A stretch of 64,000 bases of DNA from contig JAAOMT010000459.1 in the NCBI GenBank assembly GCA_016748015.1, positions 1-64,000 of the forward strand. Reading direction: 5' to 3'. Below, one piece after another: positions 50,558 to 61,899 of this stretch (position 1 is the first letter of the stretch; the number at the start of each line of letters is the position of its first letter). The DNA comes from Geosiphon pyriformis uo1 (taxonomy: Eukaryota; Fungi; Glomeromycota). The position numbers and the translations under genes were made by a program. The notes beneath the pieces are model-generated. The model did not search any database, was not told the origin of the DNA, and was given only the letters and a program-made list of their open reading frames with translations.

Positions 50558-53500
50558 AACTTCTTTCTCTTTTTTGTCCCAAATTCCTAAAAAAGAGTCA
50601 AAAGTTTTTTAAAAAAAGTTTTTTACAATTGAGTATGATAAATCTAAATCCTTTATTCTCAACTACAAGATTACTATTGGCTGTAGTATTGCTGTCATGA
50701 AGAAGACTGCCAAAGTTTCTGGTTCTAGTAATGGTTTCAGACCTGTTTTCTCAAGGAAAAAAAGGAGGGGCAGCATTTTAGAAGATGGTTCTGGTGGTAG
50801 AAATATTGGTCTTAGTGTTCAAGATAATTGCTCATGGAGTTCAGAGACTGGTGACACCACTGAGTCTGAGAGTATTGATATGAAAGAGGAGTGTCTGGTT
50901 GAGGAAACCAGTTTCAATTATGGTGAAGGTGGTGCTCTTGCTGGAGGAGATCATGATTAAACACTTACAGGCTCAAAAGTTAAAACCAAGAAGGCATTGG
51001 GTAAACCATTGGGAAAGATTAACTTCTTACCAAGCAGTGATGATGATAATGTTCTTTTGGATGTCTCTCTAGTGCTTCTATCATCTGCAAAAAATCTGGT
51101 CAATGTTTCTGTTTAGAAATTTTTTGTGTTAAATATTGGGTTGGACACAGTGGTTGGAAAATTTTCTCGTGAAAAGCTTCTGGTGGTCAGAAATTTGTTT
51201 TTAAAGATCAATGGTTTTGGGGGGGCTTCTATCCTCTTAAAATTTGCTGGGATCATCAGAGCAATGTTCACTTCTCAATTGAGTTTAATGAAAGCTACCA
51301 AATTGGCTGCTGATGCGAAGATCTTGGTGAACACTGATCTCAAAAAATCATCTGGGCGTTCAGATCAGGCTGTGGTTTTAAAGAAAATTCCTGTTGGAAT
51401 CTCAACTGAGGCTGTGTGTGCTGTGCTATCTAGTTTTGGTGTGGTGGTGTTGATCAAAATGCAGTTAGTGGGTTTGTGGCAGAAGGCTGTTGTTGAATTT
51501 AGTAAGAGTAAACAGGCTGATTTAGTTGCAGTCTGCTGGTCTATTCTAATTGGGAAAGATGCTGTGTGTGTGGTCAGAACTGATCAAGACAAGGAATCAT
51601 GAGACTCGAGAGATCAACATAGGGCTTTGCTTTATACTCTACTAATGGGAACAACTGCACATGACATCTGGAATTATATTGGCTCTGTAGGTGGAAAAAC
51701 ATGTGCAATAGATCATCATTCTGTTACATATGCTCAGGCCAGATGTGCTGTTGTTTGTTTTGATTTGGCCAATTTTTTGAATGCTGTTATGGGAACTACT
51801 CTAGTTTTAAGGAGTGTGAATATATATTGGTCTCTTTTGGGTTTTTCTAAATGTGCTAAGTGTGGAAAATTGGGTCATATATCTTTGAACTGTGCTGTGG
51901 GTGAGAATATCTCCTCTGAGAAGCATTCTCGCAGACTCTTCTCAGACTTGAATAAAAACAGGCTGGCAACCATCTATGCCAAGCGTTCAGCTCTGATCAC
52001 TCATTCTGTTGCTTTTGGTGGGGTTTCTTGGGCGAAAATTGCTGGCAGAAATGTTTTTCCTTCTTTCTCTGTGCAAAAAGTATTGGTTAATTCTGGCTCT
52101 TTTTCAGAGATAAAGCCTACCATCTATGATACAAGTAATGTTAAGAAAAGGTTTGCTGTTTTGGAAAGCAGTCTTGCCAGCCTTGCAGGACAAATTGATG
52201 AATTGGCTAAGAGATTGAACTCATTTATGCTGGCAGTTTCCCAGTCTAGCCCTGGATGTTAACTGCTGGTAATCTCCTATCACAGAATCAGGTGGGCAAT
52301 GTAGTGATGGGAGAGGGTTTGGGTGAGGCCAATAGTGGTGAGACTGTTACGACTTTGAACTTTTCTGCTTCTACTAAAGTGAAAAGATTGGAAAGCATGT
52401 TGAAAGAACTTTCTGCCTCAGTTCTAAGTCTTACAGTGAGATTTGATGGTTCAATTTTGACTGGCAGTGCATCTCCCAAATTTTTTTCTCAATGACCAGT
52501 CTAGTTTGAAAGATTGCCACATGCAATGTTAGGGGTATGAATAATCCTACAAAACAGGATGTTGTAATACGTTGGCATAAAGAGATAAACAATTTGATTT
52601 CTGTTGTTACTGAGACTAAGTTGAGGGGCAAAATTTGCCCATGGATCATAAATAAATTTGATGGTGTTCAGGTTTTCACCTCTGGTTTGAACTCTGGTCA
52701 TTTGGGTTCTGGTGTTGCAATTATCATGGACATTTTTTTGGTAAGACATATATGTAAGGTTTCCAAGATTCTTGGTCATCTCTTTTCTCTCAAATTACTC
52801 TTCAAAAATAATCTTTCTGTGTCAATTTTGGGACTCTATGCTGGTGTGTTGTTGGTGGTTCAGTTCTCTCAAGCTGGTGAAATCAACTCTCTCATTGCAA
52901 AGGCAGTAAACAAGTCCTCCTTCATTATTTTGGGTGATGACTTTAACAAAGATGGATCCCAAAAGTGTGCAAGCTTCAAAAAATGCTTTGATTTGGGTTT
53001 AGTTGATTCTCTAAAGGGAAGTTTATTTGTTAAGACACTTACGTGAACTAATTCTCGTGGTGTCACTAAAGCTCTCAACTATGTTCTTGTTTCTTTGAGT
53101 TTGGTCAATGCTGTAACAAATAGTAGTGTGGTCGATGTTGAGGAATATTTTGATACTGACCACAAAACTGTATCTGCTTCCATGGGTTTGAGTGGTTTGT
53201 TCGATGTCTGTTTAAGTTTAATACACAAGCAAGCAAATAAGGATTATTGAAAGTTTGATGTTAAAAGTGCGGATGTAGTAAAATAGGGTGAGTTTAAAGA
53301 TGCTACTGCGGCCAATGCTGCCATGTTTTTGGACAAATTTGAGGCTGTCAGGAAGTTCTCTGATTTGGATGCTATGTGGGATACTGTTTGCAAAGTGATG
53401 GTTTTTTTAGCTAATGGTGCTTTCAAAAAGAAATGGTTTAAGGGTTATGATAAAGTGTTTACCAAAGAGTCTTTTAAGTTACATAACTTGGAGGTTTTGG

Positions 53501-53676
53501 TGTCAAAAATTGTCAAGACTTCTCGCGAAGCAGACTCCAGCAGGTTTGAGTCTCTATTAAAATACTGGGTTTCTATGAATAGTGACAAAGCTTCTGTTGT
53601 TTGTGATCTTGTGAGTTCTGGTGTAAGTTTCAATCATGTCCATTCTGCTCTTTATGGCATGAGAAGGTATTATCAT
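50558..53676 (+). mobile_element. LINE copy 3, 5' half (ORF1 about 50697-52495; ORF2 APE from 52492), interrupted by a Ty3 insertion
   Basis: CAKCGKLGHISLNC knuckle; IATCNVRGMNN, TETKL and TDHK. The sequence switches to an LTR (TGTTAC) at 53677. Confidence 0.9.
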
Positions 53677-54592
53677 TGTTACAAGTGATTATTTCTACTG
53701 TTGAATTAAATAACAAACCTGTAACTTGGTGCTCGAAAACTACTTCCATTGATGATGTCCTATGAGGGTTATATCTGAAGATTTTGTATCTGAAGGTGTG
53801 GTATCTGAAGGTGTTGTATCTGAAGGTTTTGATGGAGTTCTTTGTATAACAGACAGAGATTCAATAGTGTCAATAGTAGATATATCTTTCCAAAAGTTTT
53901 CCCAATTTCTTTCTCAGCGTGATGGCCAGATTTAGTCTGGCAGTCGTGCCTTTCTAGTAAGCTATCCAATAATATATAAAATCCTACTCTTATTTCTGGG
54001 TCTTTTACCAGGCTATCCTTGACATCAATAACTCAGTGCTTAATCTCTTAATCAATTAGTATACAACAACAAAATCAAAGAAAGAAAGAAAATAAAATAA
54101 AGAAAATAAATAAGAAAATAGAGAAAATAAGCCAAGACAATTTGGTACGTTAGTATCTCATCAATAGCCATGATCAAAAGCTATTGTTCCAGTGTGGTTA
54201 AGTATCAATTACTATCAACATAAAGTGTTGATAGTGAAGAGTAATTTTGAGATATGAAATATTTATTTATTTGATGATTTGTGTTTTGGACTAAGGATTC
54301 TGTCTTATTAATTCTGTCTTTTCTGTTTCTAATACTACTGCTATATATACATAATTGAGATTCTTCAATTTCTCGATTCTTTACAACAGAAATCCTGGAA
54401 TTCCTGGAATCCTGCAATTCCTATGAGAGGAATCCTAGAATTCTAAAATCTTGTAATTTCTCGTCAGGGAATCCTGAAATTCCTGGAATCCTGCAATTCC
54501 TGAAAAGAATCCTGCAATTTCACATTTACTACATCTACTTCTGATTGGCTAATAATTATGCTAATATATTTCCTATATTTCTATGAGTAACA
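53677..54592 (-). repeat. 3' LTR of the Ty3 element (family A)
   Basis: Termini TGTTAC...GTAACA. A purine-rich tract AAAAGGTGAGAATAA precedes it on the minus strand. AGCCAATCAG (CCAAT) at 54541-54550, TATA-like sequence near 54342, and internal tandem repeats. Confidence 0.8.
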
Positions 54593-54605
54593 TTATTCTC
54601 ACCTT

Positions 54606-55265
54606 TTAATATTGAGCTTCATTAAAATTCAACTCATTTAATTCCCCCTCTTGAAGTATTTTCTGGATTTCATTTTCGAGAATTACTTGTGTTATTTGGG
54701 TCTGTAATTCTTCAAATTGAGTATTGGTGATCTTTCCCAATTGATTACTGGTAACCATATCTATTGCTTTGCTACACAATATTTCTAGTCTATTCTAAAA
54801 TGCTGTGTGTATTTGGTATATGGCTCAAGTCTGTGTGGCTAAATTGTTCTTTCCCACAAAATGTTCTAATTGTTGTAGTATTTTTTTGTTAAATAATTGC
54901 TTTGTTTTATCTGTATATAGATTCTGAATATTTATGTGTTGCCCCAAGTAAAAGTAACAATAATTTCTTAGAAATTGTTGTATTCATCAATTCTAAGTTT
55001 CTTTAGTCAGCTTTTGATATAGTGCCTCTTTTGTTGACTTTTTTATTGCTAATTTTACTTTTGCAATGATTTTGTCCACCGTATTTTCAGTTTTCTTCTT
55101 TGTTCTGAGTTGCAATGTCTTTCTAGTATCTTGATATCAAATGGTTTGTTGATTAATTGTAATCTCCATTTCCTGGTGTTGGATTAATTGAAAGAGTTGT
55201 TGTGCTAGTGAGTGAATATTGTCTGTAATTTCTATTTTTCTGATATTTCCTGTTGCGTCTACCAT
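54606..55265 (-). pseudogene. extra ORF (ORF3, about 220 codons) between integrase and the PPT; function unknown
   Basis: MVDATGNIRKIEITDNIHSLAQQLFQL...CYFYLGQH...AIYQIHTAF...QFEELQTQI...EAQY*, with a few stops and one frameshift. Confidence 0.6.
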
Positions 55266-55289
55266 GTCTTTATATATTCTTTTGCTGAA

Positions 55290-56672
55290 TTAATTTAATG
55301 TATTGTTGTTGATAATAATGATTGGTTCCAGATCTCGTGGAATTTCATCTGGTTGGACTAGTATTCTCTGTACTCCTAATTGGGAAATATTACTGGTAGA
55401 TCGTAGTGTGATGTTGTGATATGGTTTTAGTTGATCTCCATGTGCTGCTTTGGTTAAAATTTTGTTATCTAATCTTAATTTGTAAGCTCCATTTCCTAGA
55501 ATTTTTTCTATGTGAAATGGTTTGTCCTATTTGGGGTCAAATTTTCTACTCCATTGTTTTTTTGCTTTGGTACGATATAGTAATACTTTGTTTCCAATCT
55601 TGAATTCAACTGGTTTGTCTGGTAGTTGACTATTGTGTCTTTCTTTCTGTTTTTCTTGTGACTTTTAAATATTATTAACTGCTTTTCTTTGTTTGTTTTC
55701 CAATGTTTCTATTAAGTCATATGTTCTTTTCAGCAATGTTTCTTGAAAATTCTCTTTTGTTATTGGTTCAGCTGGATATGTATTAATTTCTCTCTCTATT
55801 GGTAATGTTGCTGTTCTATTATATACTAATTTAAATGGTGTTGCTTGTGTAGTATCTTGCTTCATTGTCCGATAAGCAAATAATACTGATAGTATGAACA
55901 AATCTCATTCATTCTGGTTTTCTTGGCTGAGTTTGACAATTGATTCACACAATGTTCTGTTGAATCTTTTGACTAATCCATTGGTTTGTGAATGGTATGA
56001 TGATGATAATAGTCTCTTAATTCTGAATCTTTGGCTTAATTCTGTTAATGTTCTGTTCACAAAATGAGTTTCTTGGTCTGATAATAATTCCTTTGGACAT
56101 CCATGTCAACAAATTAAATCTTGATAAACGAATTCAGCAACGGATTCTGCATCTGCTCTTTGAATTGCTTTTGCCTCTGGCCATTTAGTGAGATAGCCCA
56201 TGGCTACTGCTATATATCTGTTTCCTTTGCTGGTGATTGTTAATAGTCCAACTAAATCAATTCCAATCTGGTCAAATGGTTGTCCCACTTTGATTGGTCT
56301 TAACGGTTTACTGGATTTCATACCTCCTCTTTGCTAACAGGCATTACAATTTTGAACATATTGGATGATGTCTGGATACATTGATGACCAATAGTATCTT
56401 TTTCTGGTTTTTTTTATGGTTGCTTTTTTATGAAAATGTCCTGCTGTTGGATTTGAGTGCATGTTGAATAATATTGTCTCTTTTTCTGGCTCTGTAATTA
56501 CTCTGGTTGGTTGATCTGAATCTTTTCTATTTTTCTAATAAAGTATATTTTGGTGAGTAATAAAATATTTTGATTGTTGTTTGATACTTTTTCATTCTGT
56601 TTGAGATAAATTCTCCTTGAACTGTTGAGTGTTTATATAATGTTAAAGTTGTTGATATTTTTGTATGTTCAT
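55290..56672 (-). pseudogene. Ty3 integrase (HHCC, DDE, GPY/F-like); no chromodomain seen
   Basis: HSNPTAGH...CNAC, IGIDLVG, YLTKWPEA, SDQETHF, YHSQTNGL and GNGAYKL. Confidence 0.9.
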
Positions 56673-56749
56673 TTTTTGTTATATTTTTCGTTGGTATTGT
56701 TCTGGTTTTGTTATATTTTTGTGTTAAAATATTCTTAAATTTGTTTTAT

Positions 56750-58100
56750 TTATGACAAACCATTGGCATTTTCATTGTCTTTTCCTTTCTTATAGTGTAT
56801 AGTATAAGTATATCGTGATAGTGCCATTTTCCATTTGGACTGGTGGCCATCATCAAATTTTTGCTTTTGAAATGATGTTAACCCTTTATGATCTGTGTAT
56901 ATATCAAACTTTTGGCTCAAGTATTCATTCCACTTCATAACTGCCCAATAGATTGCTAAATGTTCTAATTCAGGTGTTCCATAGTTCTTTTTGGCTGGTG
57001 TTAGACCTCAGCTGGTATATGCTACTGGATGTTTTCTGCCGTCTGGTCTCTTCTGAGATAGTACTGCTCCCAATGCTTGGCCAGATGCATTAGTGGTAAT
57101 GATGAATGGTTTGTTGTGATCTGGGTAGATCAGTACTAGAGCATAAATGAGCTTTCTTTTCAGAATATTAAAAGCTTCTTGTTGACTTTCTGTCCATTCA
57201 TATTTGGTATTCTTGATTTGCAGATTATTGAGTGGTTGAGCTATCTTTGAAAAGTTTTTTATAAAGCGTCGATAGTAGCTTGCGAATCCCAAGAATGATT
57301 TCAATTCAGTCACATTGGTTGGTACTGGAAAGTTTTTTACTATCTCTATTTTCTCTGGATCCATTTTGATGCCATCTTTGCTGACTATATGTTCCAAGAA
57401 TTTTAGTTCTGTCTTGCCAAAGAAGCACTTTGTTGCATTTAACTTTAGTTCTGCTCTTCTCAGTCTTTTGAACACTTGTTGAAGATGAAGAAGATGATTA
57501 TCAAATGTTTTTGAGAATACATTGGTGTCATCCAAGTATATAACTACTGATTTCTACAATAAGCCAGTATAGACAATTTCCATTAGCCATTGGAAAGTGG
57601 CTGGTGCATTGATTAAACCGAATGACATTACTTCAAATTCAAAATTCCCTTCTCTCATGGTGAATGCCATTTTCTCTTTGTCAGCTGGATCCATGGCTAC
57701 TTGCCAGTAACCACTGTTCAAGTCTAATATTGAGAACCATTTGTTCCTGCCAAAAGCATCGAATAATTTTTGTATCCGTGGAATTGGATAGCTGTCTCCA
57801 CGAATTACACTATTGAGTTTCCTGTAGTTTACACTATTTTTTTTATGGACGAGTACCACTGGTGATAACCATGGGCTCATTAATGACTGAATTAACCCAT
57901 TGTCAAGCATTTGGTAGATCTCTTGATGGATGATTTCATGGCTGGCTAGTGGTACTTTGTATGCTTGCTGTTTGATAGGCATTGCATCTCTAGTATTAAT
58001 CTGATGCTGGATGATGTCAGTTTGGCCAAACTCATTTTCGCTGGCAAAGATGTTATTGAACTGGTTAAGCAACATCTTGAGTTGCATACATTGAAGTGGA
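56750..58100 (-). pseudogene. Ty3 reverse transcriptase + RNase H
   Basis: LDLNSGYWQV, FGLINAPATFQ, YLDD, NASGQALGAVLSQ and YTDHKGL. Confidence 0.93.
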
Positions 58101-58544
58101 TCTAAGTTTCCCATGTTTATTTGTTCCAATTGTTCTGGTTGGAGCAAATAACATTCACTTTGTCCATATATTGTTTGTGATGTGATATTGACATATCCAC
58201 AAAGTTGTAGAAAGTCTGGAATGAGATTTGGTGGTTGATCCTCCATTTCAGTATTCAAGTATCCAATAATAGTTCCAGCTGGTATTTCTATGACATTTTT
58301 TGTATTGTTGTAGATGGGAATTTTGATGTGGCTGTAATCTTTGGCTGGTATGTAGAGATTCATGAGTCTAACCTCTCCTGATTCACAAAGACTGGCTTCT
58401 GCTTTAAAAATTTGTGCTTGGTTTTTTCCCTTCCTTTCTATTGCTAGCATGTACTGATTATATGGTAAAATGAAAATAGCTTGACCGGTTGAGATAATTT
58501 CTCCTTGGTCAACAATTTTTTCTTCTGCCATATTAACTGGTACA

Positions 58545-58950
58545 TCTATTTTACCCGTTGATCTGAATCCCTGTATTCCTCTCACTGTTATTCCTAATTC
58601 CTCCCTCTTTCCTACTGATACTAACTGAGCTATTTTAACCAGAGACAGGAATATTGCCTGTGCTATCTTTTCATTGGGCTCTATTATATAGGCCTTTTCT
58701 GAGTTATTTTGTAGCATAGCAATAATATTTCCTACATATCCCGTGTCAATTATTCCTCCTTTTATATTAATCTCTCTTTTTGCTAAACTACTCCTGGATG
58801 CTAATTGAATTATTGTTGTTACCAGAATTTCTAGTGCTACTTTCAGATCAATGCAGGTGTGTGAATGTAGTTCCAATTTGATGGCTTTTGTTCCTGGATA
58901 TCTTAGATCAAATCTTACATCAGTATCATGCATGTGTTCTGGCATAATAC
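58545..58950 (-). CDS. dUTPase domain within the pol polyprotein
   Basis: Motifs RFDL, SRSSLA, GIIDTGYVGNI, EKIAQAI and RGIQGFRSTG (trimeric dUTPase motifs I-V). Confidence 0.9.
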
Positions 58951-59207
58951 CTTTCCCATTGTTATTATACCATTTCAACTCTTGTTCCTTGGAGAGATCT
59001 GGTAGTGCAATGTATTGTTTATAGTTTAAATCGGAGTTTGAATTTGAGTTTGAATTATCTTTGTTGTCATTGCCATTTTGAACGGAGCTGGAACCAGTGT
59101 TTTCGTCATCATCGTCAAAGTCTAGATCACAATTGATCAGCAATTCTAATTCTAATGCACAGCTGTTAATTGGTTCTTCTTCTTCAGAGATCATGTAGAT
59201 CATGCGT

Positions 59208-59932
59208 TGTTACGGGATGGTTTTCTTGTTATATTTAATTGCTGATATCCCGCTTTAATTGCAATCAGTCTTTCGTGAGTTCCTCAATTCTATTTGTGTG
59301 ATAATGTCACTGTTACACTGAAGGCTTTCTTTTTACTGTTGCGATGTAAGTTATTCTTTAATTCTTGATTGTTGTGTGTGTTTATGTACTCCTTCTCAGA
59401 GGCTGAACTGAAATCTACCCACTGTCTGGGGTCTTCTTTGAGGCTATCCTTGCAATTGCCTGATGTGTTTCTNNNNNNNNNNNNNNNNNNNNNNNNNNNN
59501 NNNNNNNNNNNNNNNNNNNNNNNNNNNNNNNNNNNNNNNNNNNNNNNNNNNNNNNNNNNNNNNNNNNNNNNNNNNNNNNNNNNNNNNNNNNNNNNNNNNN
59601 NNNNNNNNNNNNNNNNNNNNNNNNNNNNNNNNNNNNNNNNNNNNNNNNNNNNNNNNNNNNNNNNNNNNNNNNNNNNNNNNNNNNNNNNNNNNNNNNNNNN
59701 NNNNNNNNNNNNNNNNNNNNNNNNNNNNNNNNNNNNNNNNNNNNNNNNNNNNNNTGCTGCTATCACCAGTTGGTGTTGGCTGCTATTGTGAACTGGTGCT
59801 TGCCACTATCGCGAGATGGTGTTTGCTACTATGTTAATCATTACCTTTCTAAGATTATTACTGTGCTATATTATGATTGAATAGTTTGTATTATTTTTAT
59901 GATTCTTTTTGCTAAATTCTTAAACCATAACA
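59208..59932. mobile_element. nested LTR of family B (apparent solo LTR, spanning an assembly gap)
   Basis: TGTTAC...ATAACA flanked by a GCGT duplication (59204-59207 and 59933-59936). Excision restores the pol frame YNPPPRMIYM. It is the reverse complement of 63076-63950. Confidence 0.9.
59473..59754. other. assembly gap (282 N)
   Basis: Run of N. Confidence 1.
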
Positions 59933-60899
59933 GCGTGGTGGTGGATTGTAAATGAGGTCACAATCATCACAATATTCAAAGTCACTGGGAATTAAACAAT
60001 GGTAACACAGTCTTGTATTCAACTGTGCTAGCCATTGTTCTTGCTCTTCTCTAGTGGGTGCCAAGTTTTGGTAGTGTTCATAGAACTTTTCTGGTTCCAG
60101 AAAATTTATGACTGGCTTTGCGTCCTAGTCAAGCTTGATGGGTTTTGGTGGATTGTTTTTAATTGTTCTGATTTTTTCTGGTAACGCATCTTTAATTTTG
60201 GCAATTGCCATTTGCCATAATTCATCATTGTCGTATGGACAACTGTCCAATTGCTGTACAGCTCTTCTCCCAGTGGCTTCTATGGGTGTTCTTTTTTTGA
60301 CCCAGTTACTAATGAGGATTGTGTATTGACAGAACACATCACACGTTCTTCCTCTTCTCAGAATGTCATTCCACATTTCTTCATCTAGCAGAGTCTTCCC
60401 ACAAGTGAGACAAGGTTGGCTATCCCATTTTTCTTGCCTCTTTGGTCATTCAAAGTGTTCGAGTAAGCATGGATGACAGTAGAACTTTGTTGCAGTGTGG
60501 TATTCTTCATCATCGCCACAACATGCACCCATTAATAACAGTTTCTTGCTGCAATCAATGCACACAAGCCTTGATCATTGATAATTGGATTGTTGTGGAG
60601 TGTGGTAGGTGTAGGAATTATAAATAACAGTGGTTGGCAGTGTTCCTTCTTCCTTTTCTTTTCTTTTTCCTTTATCTTTGTTCTATTCCCAACTGGAGGC
60701 TTCTTCTTGTTCGTTGTCAATCCAAGTCAGATCATCAGTTTCCCAGGTAAGTTTGTTTGTCTGCTTTCTTTTTCTGTTGTCATCCCAAGAGAGTATTGGT
60801 GGTAGCTCATTGTGTTCTTTGTTAGCTCACGACACTTGGTAGGCTTCCCAGGTAGGTTTTGGTTTTTTTTCCTCAAAGTCGATTAGTGGTGCCGTGGTG

Positions 60900-61330
60900 T
60901 TGATAGCCTTGAAATGGCCACACATTGCTGGTATGCGCATGTGTCACCTGTTCTGGCTGAATTGGAGTTCTTGTGTATTCCAGTCCAGAGTGGCGTTCGT
61001 CTTGAACAGCCAGTCATTACCAACTAGAGTTTGGTATTGGGTGGCTTCCATAACAAGTACTTTGATTGGTACTATGATGCCGTTAATTTTGATTGGTAAG
61101 TCATCAATTTTACCGATTGGAGTCTTGGTTGCTCCATCAGCCATGATAATTCTGACACTAGTGGCTCGATCAACTCGGCGGCCTAATAAATCTATAAGTT
61201 GTCGTGTGATGATGCTGCTTGCTGAACCACTGTCAAGAATTAGTTTGATGTGATGGCCATCAATTTTTGCATCAGTGTACATGGCAGTAATTGGCTTTTC
61301 TTCCAGTGCGGCTCCACTAAATAATGGCAT
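60900..61330 (-). pseudogene. Ty3 aspartic protease
   Basis: IKLILDSGSASSII...LVGNDWL. Confidence 0.9.
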
Positions 61331-61899
61331 GATTGACAGTTCCTTGAGTTTGAATAGAAAAATGGCGTCCAGTGATTTGTCATTGGTGACTGTTGCTGGT
61401 GAAATATTGCTGGTACATGTTTGTTGTTTTTGAGTGGATTCCTGGTTGCTGGGTGAGGCATCTTCTGGGGTAATCAAGAGACTTAAATAGTTCTGGAAAT
61501 TTGGGTTTTGGGGATTCCTGGTGCCTGAATTCCATTGACAAGATCCTGTTTGACTGAAGGAGCTGGGGATCAGTTGATGAACTACCATTGATGATCTCCA
61601 GTTTTGCTATGTGATTCTCGGCCTTTGGACTTCACTGGCCAGTAAGTTTTATGGTGGGATCTGAATTGTTTGGGGTTAATAGATTGTTGGTGATTGTGGT
61701 TGATACATTACCTGTGGCTGTGGCTGATAAATTGGGGCCGTTGGTTGATAATTTGGAGCTTAATATACTGGTGGTTAATAAATTGATTGCTGCATCATTG
61801 GCAGGTAAGTAGTTTGATTTTGTTTTGAGTTTGATTGATAATTCGGAGTTGAAAACTGGCGATCGGAGTTTCGATATTGATTTCCCAATCATTGGTTAT

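Noticed and set aside
35932-53633. Numerous antisense and alternative-frame ORFs over the LINEs
   Set aside because: They are shadows of the degenerate ORF1 and ORF2, with no independent motifs.
59255-59292. Hammerhead-like words (TTGAGGA...CGAAA on the minus strand) in LTR-B
   Set aside because: Stem II cannot form, the core CUGA is altered, and no properly paired NUH site exists.
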